Origin: Saccostrea echinata | Lineage: Eukaryota | Assembly (NCBI RefSeq): GCF_033153115.1 | Contig: NW_026889803.1 | Location: forward strand, 27,342,001-27,406,000 | Direction of reading: 5' to 3' | DNA length: 64,000 bases | In this document: positions 39,954-51,500 of the stretch, piece after piece | How the letters are laid out: each line of letters starts with the position of its first letter | How positions within the stretch are numbered: the first letter of the stretch is position 1 | The notes under the pieces: model-generated | Databases searched by the model: none | What the model saw: the letters and a program-made list of their open reading frames with translations, nothing else | What the model was told of the DNA's origin: nothing | Made by a program: the position numbers and the translations under genes

Positions 39954-40586
39954 GTGGTATCGTAATAAATTTTACATTTCACAAGTTGATAAATCGCTAG
40001 TCTACAATTTACAATGTTGTGCATTGACACAGTTTTCTTACAAAATACATTATAGTTTACAGCACACAGGATAATTTTACAAGTTGTGATACAACTTAAC
40101 ACAGGATAGTTTTACAAGTTGTGATGGTAATTTGCAAAAAAAAAAAAAAATTAAAAAAATAAATAAATACACAATCTACAAATTAAGCTTTACATGTACT
40201 AACAGAGTTGAACCCTTTTTGCCTCCATAATTTACGGACTCGCGCGCCATCTAGCGTTAATTCAGATAACTTTTTTCTTGCGCGCCATCTAACGTCAATT
40301 CAGTGAATGACTGTTTTGCATCGGTGATCGTTCGTTTTGCAACGTCTGTTAATTTTGCAATCGAGTTTTATTTTAATATGTTGATTTTGCATTGATGATC
40401 GCTCGTTTTGCAAGGGACTCTGTTGATTTTGCAATGGAGTCTGTTGAATTTATTTTAAGCTGTTTATTTTGAATTTCAGTACATTTTTTAGAGAAATTAA
40501 TTGTTCGTTTTGCTTTATCGTCTTTTATACCCTTTCCGCCTCCCAGTAATATGTATATATTAAACAAGAAGTAATACCCGAAGCCA

Positions 40587-40846
40587 CAGGCACTTGGGGT
40601 ATGGACCCTTTTTAAATCTGGGGTCGAGTCACCTTTTTCCTATTTTTATATTCTAATACTATATGTTATCAATAATGTAACTCTTTTGTCTCTATATGCT
40701 GTCTTTAAATATACCGTTTTCGACTGATACATGTATGAAAATTTTTATGTATCAGTCGAAAACGGTATATTTAAAAACAGTATATAGAGATTTAAAAAGA
40801 AAAAAAAATGGAGAAGGGGGGGGGGGGTTCATACCCCAAGTGCCTG
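40587..40846. mobile_element. Palindromic MITE inserted in the right TIR of 38119-40949
   Basis: AAGCCA|CAGGCACTTGGGGTATG...CATACCCCAAGTGCCTG|AAGCGA (6-bp TSD, one mismatch). Perfect internal inverted repeat TTTAAATATACCGTTTTCGACTGATACAT / ATGTATCAGTCGAAAACGGTATATTTAAA. Confidence 0.75.
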
Positions 40847-41147
40847 AAGCGAGCGACAAAAAATCGAAAGTTTTACAACGCTTGGATCTGTAGCTCTCTG
40901 GTTTGTCTGTCCGAATTTTCTCAACCAGAGAGCTACAGTTCTGCAGCTATTTAACATTGGTGTTCATTTTCAATATCTGTACGAATCTCAAAATGACAAT
41001 ACTGGTACATCAAGACATTTTTATACTTCCATATCCATTACTTACTCGATATAGCACTTGTTGTACACTAGCTAATACTTGCGCTCTCTCCTGGTAATGC
41101 CACAAGTATTGATCGACAAAAAAAAGTTTTTCTTCGGGGTAAAAATT

Positions 41148-43809
41148 TTATTCATAGAATCTTTTCGTTAACTTTGACATGATTTTTGCGAACACGCCTT
41201 TGTGAGCCTTGTCGTAGGCTGCTCGGTTGTCATGGAAACAGAAGGACGCCGTTCTGTCACAGTCACACAGAGCTTTGTGGCAAGGACGGTCGTCGTCTGT
41301 AAATAGACAGTAGACGAGTTTACATATTCATGTAGTATTCGTACTTGCTCATATTTTACCAAACAAAGCAATGAATATGGCAATGAGAATGTATGCACAT
41401 GAAATTAAGCTGAATTGAGACTTATCCGTAGTAATGTATTCAATGTCAGGAATGATCAGCAGCTTTAGGAACATTGTCGTATGTTATGCACAATTCTAAA
41501 GTGATTAATCTAATTCAAGGGTTTTCGTTCAACAAAATAGAATATCTAATGCCTCATTTTTGTATGCTTGATATTCTGTATAAAATCTGATGAGCCTTTG
41601 GCTTAAAGAATAAAATAAACTGAAACTGAAACATAACACCTACAATTAAGAATAAGTATTTTATTGAATCAAAGGTTATTTTAACCACTTACTACATTCG
41701 ACTGTCCCTTTTTTGATTTCAGACTTGTATTTTAATGTATACACATTCCCACACAGAGGATCGGCTATAATTTCATCATAACAGTTATCGTGGTGGAAAC
41801 AACACCTACAAAATACAAGACCTGAAACATTTCAGAAACTACCGAATATTACTTTTGAATTTTCGGGGCAATTTTATTAAGTTTTTATCTCACAGAGCAT
41901 AGGCGTCGGAAGCAAATTGAAAGTGGGGTGGCTAATTGAAAGTGGGGGGGGGGGGGGCTAAACCAACGAAAAAAGGTAAGCCCCAATTTTCAATGCCTAT
42001 ATTATGTCTATCTTTGCAAAAAAAATTAGGGGGGGGGCTAAGCCCGCCTCCCCTAGCCCCCCCCCCCCGGTTCCGATGCCTATGCAGAAAGCATGTACAG
42101 TCTAATTTGACGTGGAAAAGGTAATATAAATCTTATGATTGACTTTTATTATTATTTATAAGAATCATATTTATCTTATTCGAGGTAACAACAAAAGGCT
42201 CCCACAAACCAGATTTGCTCACCTGGCTGCAAAAGAAAATCTGGGTTTTGTCAGATATTGCCTATACTATAGTAAGCTTTTATTTCTGGGTTATTCGCAA
42301 AAAAATAAATAAATAAAAAATTAAAAAATTAAATAAATTAAATAAATAAATACATGAAAATAAAAATAACAATAAAAAATTAGCATGCTTGTTACCCGTT
42401 TTTTATTGGATCGAAATGAAAAGTGGATCGTTTGACGAATTGAAGAGAACATACCACACGTTAATACTAGAAGTTTCAGAGAAAAAAAAAAGATTCCAGG
42501 AAGTTTTATGTAGCAGAAAAGATTTTTAAAAAAATTTCCCTGAAACTTAATTCAGATCAGAGAATTTGACATTTCTAAGCTCATAACACCAATAGGGTGT
42601 AAAGATTGCAAAGATTTTAATATAAAAATTTCTTTTAAGTGCCTAGATCTTGCCATCCTTATTTTCATTCTGCCAGATTTTGCCTTTCTGCTTTTTTCTG
42701 AGTTATTAACAAAAAAATGCATGTCATCCCCAACCCATCTCCAATGTTCTATTAACAGTAACTTTTTTATTGGATCAAAATGAAAAGTGAATCGTTTTAT
42801 ATAGAGGACATTTCCATCTCAGAAAAATAGAGAATTTTTTTTTAAGTTTACGATGACGTCGGAGGCCAAGTACAAGTGATGCCATGAGCTCACTTGGCCC
42901 TCTCCGCCATGTGATCTAAAAATTATCTATTCCTGATGCCCTTCTCTTCTACAGGGATGCCCTTCTCTTCTACAGGAAAAATTAGCCCATACTCATCAAT
43001 TGCATCCACCACACTTCCGTTTCCGCCTAGACCACACCAGTTTCCGTAGTCACTAAGGTCAAATGGGTCACGACCAGTTGTCAAGTAGATCATCCGACTA
43101 AACTGGTTTAAGTCTCGCTTTCTTCTTCCAGCATCTATTATATATAGCAGATGCATTTTACAGTACAAATACTAAATCTAAACATACACACATAATCTGA
43201 AACATTCAATAGGGTGAATGTAACTTTTTTATGTTCCCGTAATTGAAAATTTGGGTGCATATAGTTTTTGGTCTGTCCGTCCTGTTGTTTGTTTGTCCGC
43301 AAAAACTTTAACCTTGCTCATAACTATTGAATGGTTGGTGCTAGGGCTTTTACTTTACATGTACATTTCTTTGGGTATTAACATATTTGACCTCTTGACC
43401 TTGAAGTTTGACCAACTTTTGCAAAAATTTTACCAAACTTGAACCTTGACCATAACTTTTGAACGGTTGGCTAGGGCTTTTATATTTCACGTGTATTATG
43501 TACGTGTGACCAGACCTTTCTTTGGGTACCAACACTTTTGACCTTGCCCTTGGAGTTTGACCTACTTTTGAAAAAACTTTAAACTTGGCCATAACTTTTG
43601 AACGGTTGGTGCTAGGACTATCATATAATCACGAGTATTCCTTGTGACAAGATCTTCCTTTGGGTACTGATATTTTTTACCTCTTGACACCTCTTGAGTT
43701 GACCTATATTTGTAAAAACTTTAACCTTCATTAGGCCGAAAGCACAGTTCTTACCAGCAACGTATACAGCCAAAGCCATAAGGACAATGAAAATTCTTCT
43801 TCGCTTCAT
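41148..43809 (-). CDS. Secreted phospholipase A2 (group I/II/X-like fold), 152-aa prepro-protein
   Basis: Exons 43809-43755, 43134-42993, 41805-41693, 41296-41148. Signal peptide, RRKR propeptide site, Ca2+ loop YGNWCGLGG, active site CCFHHDNCY, LCDCDRTASFCF. Confidence 0.92.
41898..42084. mobile_element. GC-rich MITE with a 5-bp TSD
   Basis: CAGAG|CATAGGCGTCGGAA...TTCCGATGCCTATG|CAGAA. Confidence 0.7.
42190..42921 (+). mobile_element. Degenerate Helentron-like element in PLA2 intron 2
   Basis: 5' box AACAAAAGGC..GCTCACCTG and 3' box GAGCTCACTTGGCC..CCATGTGATCTAAAA resemble the ends of 52750-54164. Confidence 0.5.
43224..43730 (-). mobile_element. Helentron-like element with ~3 degenerate copies of the ~146-bp repeat in PLA2 intron 1
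   Basis: Reverse complement of the 1-833 family (AAAACTTTAACCTTGGCCATAACTTTTGAA units, CTGTCC microsatellite, terminal hairpin). Confidence 0.7.
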
Positions 43810-45100
43810 TTCATTTTCTGCAAATTAAAACATGGTAAAGTTTTACACTAGTCTACACACTAATAACTAAATAATATTTGATTGATATATTTTAAAAAAA
43901 AAAGAGATAGATGATGAGTGAAACATTTTAAAACTTTTATGTGGGGCTCAAGCCAGTGAAACAAGAACTGACCCATCAATCAGTCTTTATAGCTCTTGCC
44001 GCCGTTCTTTGTAACTCACATGTATGTAGATATATGTATATATGTGAAGTATGCGCCTTCTAAAAAAAAAAAATCTGGGACACATACCAAAGATTCAATT
44101 CAAAGCATCCCATATGTTTAGAAGTGAAAGAGTTACACTTAATAATGCACCTAATACACCAAATGTAACTTTCATAGTGTTTTATTTGATAAGTATTTCG
44201 TGATTTAAATTTTAGTACACTAAGGATGATGAGGGAAAAAAAGAAAAATATTTTGTTACCTGCATGATATACCTTTCCGTTGATTAATATAAGTATGTTT
44301 ATCCATGTACAACATACATACATACATACACAAATACCTATATAAGCCCTCGGGAGTTATTTATCATAACTTTGTGTCTTGTTGGGTACAAAACGGAAGT
44401 TCCTACAAACATTCTCGACCATGGTGTCTTCTCCCACATCTGTGACGTCCAATATACATGTAATATTATCGACGTGTATCCTGATCGATGCATTATAGCA
44501 AAGGCGTTTTGGAAAGGGAGAAGTTCTTTCAAAATATTTTTGAAACAAAAAAAAAATTCATTATTCGTCTGTGTAAAAAAGAATGACTCCCCGAGTGCAC
44601 CGTTGAACCCACAAAAAGTTCCCCTTTTATGAAAAAAAAAATTTTGGCTGATTACATTTCTGCAGCGGGCAGTGCTTTGCGTTGGATTGACAGATGTTTG
44701 TAAGGAAAGCAGAAAAGAACTGTGGAATATATGAATATAATCTCATACTACTACACAGTCGTACGTGACCTTGAGTCAAACATCTTTACTTCTTGTACGC
44801 AATCTTGTTCAGACCAGTGCCTCTTTTTTCCCTTTCTCCGCATATAACATTATATGATATTTCGTATGTTGATGAACCAGCATGAGATAGCATTCTCATC
44901 ATATGCCCTTGACCTCCATCTGAAAATGTTAGTATTTTTTAAAAGAAAATTGTCCAGGAAAGGGGGGGGTGTCTTTATCATCAAAGATTATTTTACCTGG
45001 CAAGTGGGAATATCACTAAATACGTAATGTATGGCTTTCCACCAGGATCCATGTGTCCTTGATCGTATATTTTATAACAAAGTTTGAAATATTGGTGGAT

Positions 45101-45218
45101 CATGCACATATCAAAAGGGTGTGTGGGTGGGGTTGGAAAGTGACTTGTCTCTCTCCCCCAAGAAATAGGTGTGGAACACACACACCCCCCCGGGAAAGAA
45201 TTTCTGAATCCCCACATG
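45101..45218. mobile_element. Short degenerate MITE with a 5-bp TSD
   Basis: TGGAT|CATGCACATATC...GAATCCCCACATG|TGGAT. Confidence 0.45.
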
Positions 45219-47830
45219 TGGATATACATTGTACCACGAATATTACCATTCAACAGTACATATATTTTATCATAATCCAAATATGACCTCGACATCACAG
45301 TTTAAAGGTTTTTTTTCAAGTAAACTTAATGAGATTATGGGATTCTCAATAAAAAAAAAAAGATTGCCGAAAATCGATATTGCATTACCGATTTTTTTTT
45401 GACCTCCAGATATCCTTAACTTCTAAATTTAAAAGCTAAAGATTTTGTATTGGAAACATACATTTGCAATTATGGTTGATTTCAAACGAGGGTCAACTAA
45501 ATGTAAAAATACAAAAAATCATATACTGCATAAGTTTATATTTGCATAACAATATTTCCTAAAATACTGATAAAGTTAATTAATACAGATATTGACAATT
45601 CAATAAATCACAGTGAAAATGTTTCATCTGCCTTCTTTTTAACATAAATAATTCAAAGGAACATACTGGATATAATTTCAAAATTTTTATAATTAGTACT
45701 ATTTGAATTGATTATACATGTAAAGAAATTCAAAGAGAACTGTACAATTCTTACAGTTAAAAAAAAATACCAGTTTAAAAATTTAGAGTATCTCAAAATG
45801 TGCAAACTATTGAACATCAAGCTGGCAATTTTATAGCACTGAATACCCGTAAAAAAGCTGAACCTTTACATGCAATAAAACATATCACAATGCCCACTTG
45901 AGTTAAATTGCTCTTTCTGAGAATATATACAACATACAATGTATTTTTGTTCCTCTTTCTATATCAGCTCCGGGGGTCATGGAAGAACAAACATGAATGT
46001 ATACATAAATCAATCTACTATATGTATGAAGGTACCGGGTAGCATTTGTATCACAGATTGTAACCGTAAGTGTTAGATTATGACCCCCCCCCCCACAAAT
46101 ACACACAAAAATGATTCTACATGCCTTAAAACCTGTTATTTGATTTTTTACTTTGCTGTATATGACTATTTTATTCTCTTGTGATGTGTATGGTTAACTA
46201 TTCACTCCTAGTGTGGCTCAAGGATTATGAATTGAACAAAAATTACCAGTATATGTACTCCTAAAACTATATGAAGAGGCTCATTTGCATAGTTAAAAAA
46301 TGATCTATCAAGGAAGAAGTCAAAAATAGTCAAAAAAAGACTGCATGGAAACACAAACTACAGATAGTAAAGGAAATTAATGCAGGGATATAAACTCTGA
46401 AATTGCCAAAAATAATAACAAAATGCAAAATCTGTTGGATGCAGATTCCTATTCACATGAGCCTAAAAGCCTAACAAGCCTATTTTTTTGTAACTGGAAA
46501 ACATATTTCCTAATATGTGAAAACTTTGCAGAATAAAGCAAAATTAATGGAAATTAACATAAAAATCTATTATGATCTTTCATTTTCAAAATATATACAT
46601 ACAGTAAAACCTCATTCATCATCGGATACCCAAGGTTGACTTCGTCTTTTACTCATCACCTGTTGGCAAACTCACCGAAATATTGTATGTAATTAATATG
46701 CACAGGTCATTTGATTGGCTGCTGCACAGAATCGTGAAGGCTTATCAACGAATCACACTTTATGTTACGTATTCAGCAATGACAAATGCTAGTCAACACA
46801 CCAATTGTAAACAAATCCACTCACCGGTGCATTTAGCAGATTGAGAAAGTAACTCCTATATTATTCCTGAATGGGATTTAATGCCAGTGACATGCACGAC
46901 ATGTTTTTTTTATTTTAAAACAAAATTCGCATGTTTTAACAGTGTCACAAAAAATTACCATAAATAGCAAACTTATAAATGTATTTTCAAAATTGAAGAG
47001 TTCAAACTTTCTGATTGGTTGTCTATAATCAATGAATTTGCATAAAAAAACGACAGTATTTCTGCAAGTTTGCCAATGGGTGATAAGTAAAGGACAAGAA
47101 CATCCCTGGGTATCTGATGACGAACCTCATTATCCTAAAACTCAATTTGGGGATTTGACATACTAAAGTTAAAAATATCTGTCTCATGGTCATAAACATG
47201 TATTTAATTTTTAAAATGAGTCTTGTATGCACTACGGTATATCTTGTCTATTTATAGTCCTTATGTAATCTAAACAAGTGCAAAAGGTTCACAAAACTTC
47301 AAATTCACCAGGTTTGAAGCCATATAAAAACCATCAGCACAGCAGAATAATGTGAATTTGTGGAATAAAATACATACATGTATGTAAACACGTTAAACTA
47401 ATGTACACACAAGCCAGAAGATGGAGGGATACAACTGAATAGATTCTGAAAGCATACATGTATTTAAGGTGACATGAGTGGATAGGCAAAAAGGGTACCC
47501 AAAAGGTACATTATGTACATACATGTATATATACTTTGTATGGAGCCAAATTGTATATTCAAAATACGATGGTTTTATGTACATATATTTACATTTGCAA
47601 ATGTTTTCTTTTATATAACACTATTAAAAGCAATGCGTATCTATATCCGTATAAACATGGGTTCCTCGCGTCAGAAACGTTCGATGTAATTTCTCAGTGA
47701 CATCATAAAGGGTCGACGCACAATCAATAGATCAAACTCGTGCTGTTGAGTTTGAAAAAATAAAACATTTCACGCGTTGAAGGTTATAATCAGGCTACTA
47801 TATAATATGAATAAGTCACAAATGTAAATA

Positions 47831-47992
47831 TAAGTAATAAGGTATCATTTTAAAACATCTTTCGGGATATAAATACGGGTTGGTACGCGATCAAATTTAC
47901 CATAAAGCCCTTCGGGCTTTATGGAATTTGATCTCGTGACCAACCCATATTTATATCCCGATAGATGTTTAAAAATGATACCTTATTTCTTA
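47831..47992. repeat. ~160-bp near-perfect hairpin element with a CTTCGG loop
   Basis: TAAGTAATAAGGTATCATTTT...CCATAAAGCCCTTCGGGCTTTATGG...AAAATGATACCTTATTTCTTA. Confidence 0.8.
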
Positions 47993-48524
47993 AATATATA
48001 CTTTGTATAAAATTAATTCTTTGCATTATATTCATAATAGACTGGTTTTAAGTTATAACAATACTATGCCTTATGAAGGCATAAAATTATAGGGGTGAAA
48101 AAAATCTAAAATGCATTTAATTGCTTAAACATGATGAAATATCACTTTTTTTGTTAAAATGATTTGGAAGCACTGCTGTATTGTTGGAAATGAGGTGTAA
48201 ATTACATCTCATACATCAATGCAGAAATATGTACATCTAACGTGTAAAAAAAAAAAATAGAAGCAGTAAGTACATTGTACTTATAAATAAAACCTAACAC
48301 CAACTGGCTATCTACAACAATTAATAATCAAAACAGAGCACAACATAACTACTCTAGATTCCGATATAAGCTATATATGTAAAACTCTTATATATATGTA
48401 TTTAAAGAAAAGTACATAAATAAAATGTAAATAAAAAATCATAAAAAATATACACATGCCTTTCTAATAAATCTATCTTATAAATCAGGTACTGGTAACT
48501 AATATTACAGAACTTATTTTTGAT

Positions 48525-51500
48525 CTACATCAATAAAGAGTGGTTAGCTATAACAGTATCGCCTTCCTCCTCTAAGTCCACTTCCTTACAAAGTGTCAAA
48601 GCCTGCATCTTTTGTTCCAACATTTCTGTTTGTATCTGAAAATAATGATATAAATATTATATATCACTCGATCAACACAACAAAACAATCATTACCAGAC
48701 AAATATGTGATATAATCGTATATATAGAATACCTGTTGTATACATGTATTAATTTTTTCAATGTAAAATACTTCTTTCATTAAGTTGATAAATAAATTAT
48801 TAATTTATCTGATCATTAAAAAGTAGAAAAACAACCATAACTTTTCTCTTCTTTTTTTCTTTAAATTTTAGTGTATTTTATTCTTGCTTGGTAGAACTGC
48901 AATCTAGAGCATTAAATATCCCTTTCAAAATGTATTTCTACTCACTACAAACAGAGCATGCATGGGATATAGAGAGCAGGTATAGTATCATTATTTTCAT
49001 GATTTAACTGATGGTGTTACAGTATAGTGTGTTATGGATAGCTATTTTTGCTACAAATTGGGGTAGACTATTCCTGACATTCATTATACATGTAATGTGG
49101 AATAATTAATAATACAGTAAAACAAGCTTATAGTAAATTAAGTGCAAGGGATTGGCAATTTCTGATCGTAATAAGTGTTATTTGCTATATCTGATGTGCT
49201 TTAAGTACCGCTTCAGAAATTGCAAAAATGAAAATCACTTTGTGAATTCATTATAAGCGTTTTCGCTATAACCATGTTTTACTGTATTGTACTAGTCGTG
49301 TAATAATTTCTTTCAATTAAACAAACTGCTACACAAATGTTAGTAATGTCTGCAAATGCAGTGTTACCCATAAAGAATCTGTATTAATCAGCTGAGCTAT
49401 GCTACTATTAACTACATGTACTACTAAGAGGACAGTCATTTTTTAGTAAATAAAAAGCTGTGTTTCACCAACTGCCACATATAATCAGTGCATATAACTC
49501 ACCTAACATTTGATATAATGTAGCTGACCTGCAATATACACTCAGAAAGCAAAAATATCCATATACAATTGGTATACTATGTAAAATTGTTACAACCTAG
49601 CATATGTACCAGTACTTCAAAATTCTATATCACAACATTTATCACTATTTGTTTATTTTCTTTTTTAAAAACCATATCAGTCCCAATGACATCAGTGACA
49701 ATCCAAATATCAACCCCTTATTTTTCCAGAATCTCAAGATTCCCCCCTCTGTATTTTCAACTCTTATCTTTTCAACTCTTATGTTTTCAACATTTTCAAC
49801 ACTTGTCTTTTCATCACTCTCACTACAGGGCTTCACCTGATCGTCCAATAGAATTATACGTCCCTCAACCTCAGGGGAAAGATGACATTGTTCCTCTTCC
49901 TCGTTATAGACGCTCTTTTGACGACTCAGGCGACGCTCCAGTTTGGATATGGTGGCTGCTTGGTCCAGTTTGCGGGCCATGCTCCGTTTTCTGAGGTTAG
50001 AAATAAACTTCTGCACCAGCCCTCTCTTCCTGATGTCCAGTTAGTAGTCCAAACAAAATGCATGCAAAAACACAGAAACACAAAAGTAGGAATACAAACA
50101 TTTGAACAAAAACAAACAACAAATTCATGCAAAAACAAAAACAAAAGGGCCATGGCAAAAGTCAGGGCAATTTAAGTCAACAATAACATCATAAAACTAG
50201 GCTAAATTCTTTCATTATAAATCCTCTTGACTAAACTCAAATATCTTTTTTTTTCATGCTTATATGCATTCCACTGTTTCTCAGTCAATATTATAGAGCT
50301 TTGAAACTGCAAGGCTGGTTATGTCTAACAACTTTTAACAAACAGATAATTTGCTCTTCTTCTGTTTGATCCCATGGTTTATTTAACTTAAATTTTTCCT
50401 TAAAAAGCTTCAATTCACAATTGGGCTAAAAGAAGTGAGTGTCACTGACTATTTGTTACATTTTATAGATATTTAAATGATAATTTTTTTTCTACCAGTT
50501 GATTTGACAATTACTCCTGATCAAAAACAATTTTTTTAACACATTCATAGTGGCGGATGTTGTCAACTAAGCTTAATATTTTGCATCTGTTTTCTATAAG
50601 AAAAAAAAAAAAAACAACCAAAACTTGCATTTTTGGGAGGGGGGGGGGGGGGGATAATTTGGCACTGTCTTAAATAAAGTTTGAAAAAATGTGTTTTCCA
50701 CTAGTCAACACAAAATTCTCCTTAGAATAAATTCAACAAAAACATATAGTTCATCCACAAATCCATTAAGAATTCACTGAATACAAATGATTTTATCCTC
50801 ATTCCCCCAGTTAGTGAATACATGAACATGTATTTAATACCGAGCATATACCAACCTAACTAGCCCCACTAGACTTTGTCTATGACCAGACTTGCATTCC
50901 TTGACACCTTTCATGATCTGAATGGATTCAAAATGGTTTCTCACTCCTGTACTTAGTGAACAACACTGCTCCGAGGTTACCTTGTGTAAGAAAACAATAA
51001 AATATAGAGAAACATTGACATATATGTAAATATGGTCAACTTTCATTAACAGTCAAGACTATTTCATTACAAGATGTACTTATCCGAGTACCTGTTAATC
51101 TTATTTTGAAACATTTTCATATATTGTAGCTTGTAGTAAATGTGTAACTTTATAACTCAAGATTCAGAAAAAAAAATATCCATTATATAAATGAGTTTTA
51201 CTGGATATAAAAAGGCTTTTTTAAAAGTATATCAAATACCAAATAAAATTTTAAATGTAAAGTACATGTATCATTTATCTTGGATACCTGTTATTACAGT
51301 TTCACTAGCCATGGGTAACAATTTGCTCTCCTTCTCTTTTGAAAAGAGGAGGGTCACCCTTAACCAGTGAAAGAGGAGGCAAGCAGATTACCCTTGGCTG
51401 GTGAAAAGGGGACTCTCACACTTGGCTAGTGAAAGAGGAGCTATATCGAGAAACAATAAGTGAAAAGAGGAGAGAAGCGAATTGTCTTCCTTGGTAAGTG

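Larger units (their letters stand above)
38119..40949. mobile_element. ~2.8-kb long-TIR foldback element of the same AcademH-like family as 7831-8160
   Basis: Termini TA(T/G)CTGCAGAACTGTAGCTCTC...GAGAGCTACAGTTCTGCAGCTA; degenerate 10-bp TSD CTTAACATCG / TTTAACATTG; internal inverted homology between 38400-38660 and 39960-40380. Confidence 0.8.
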
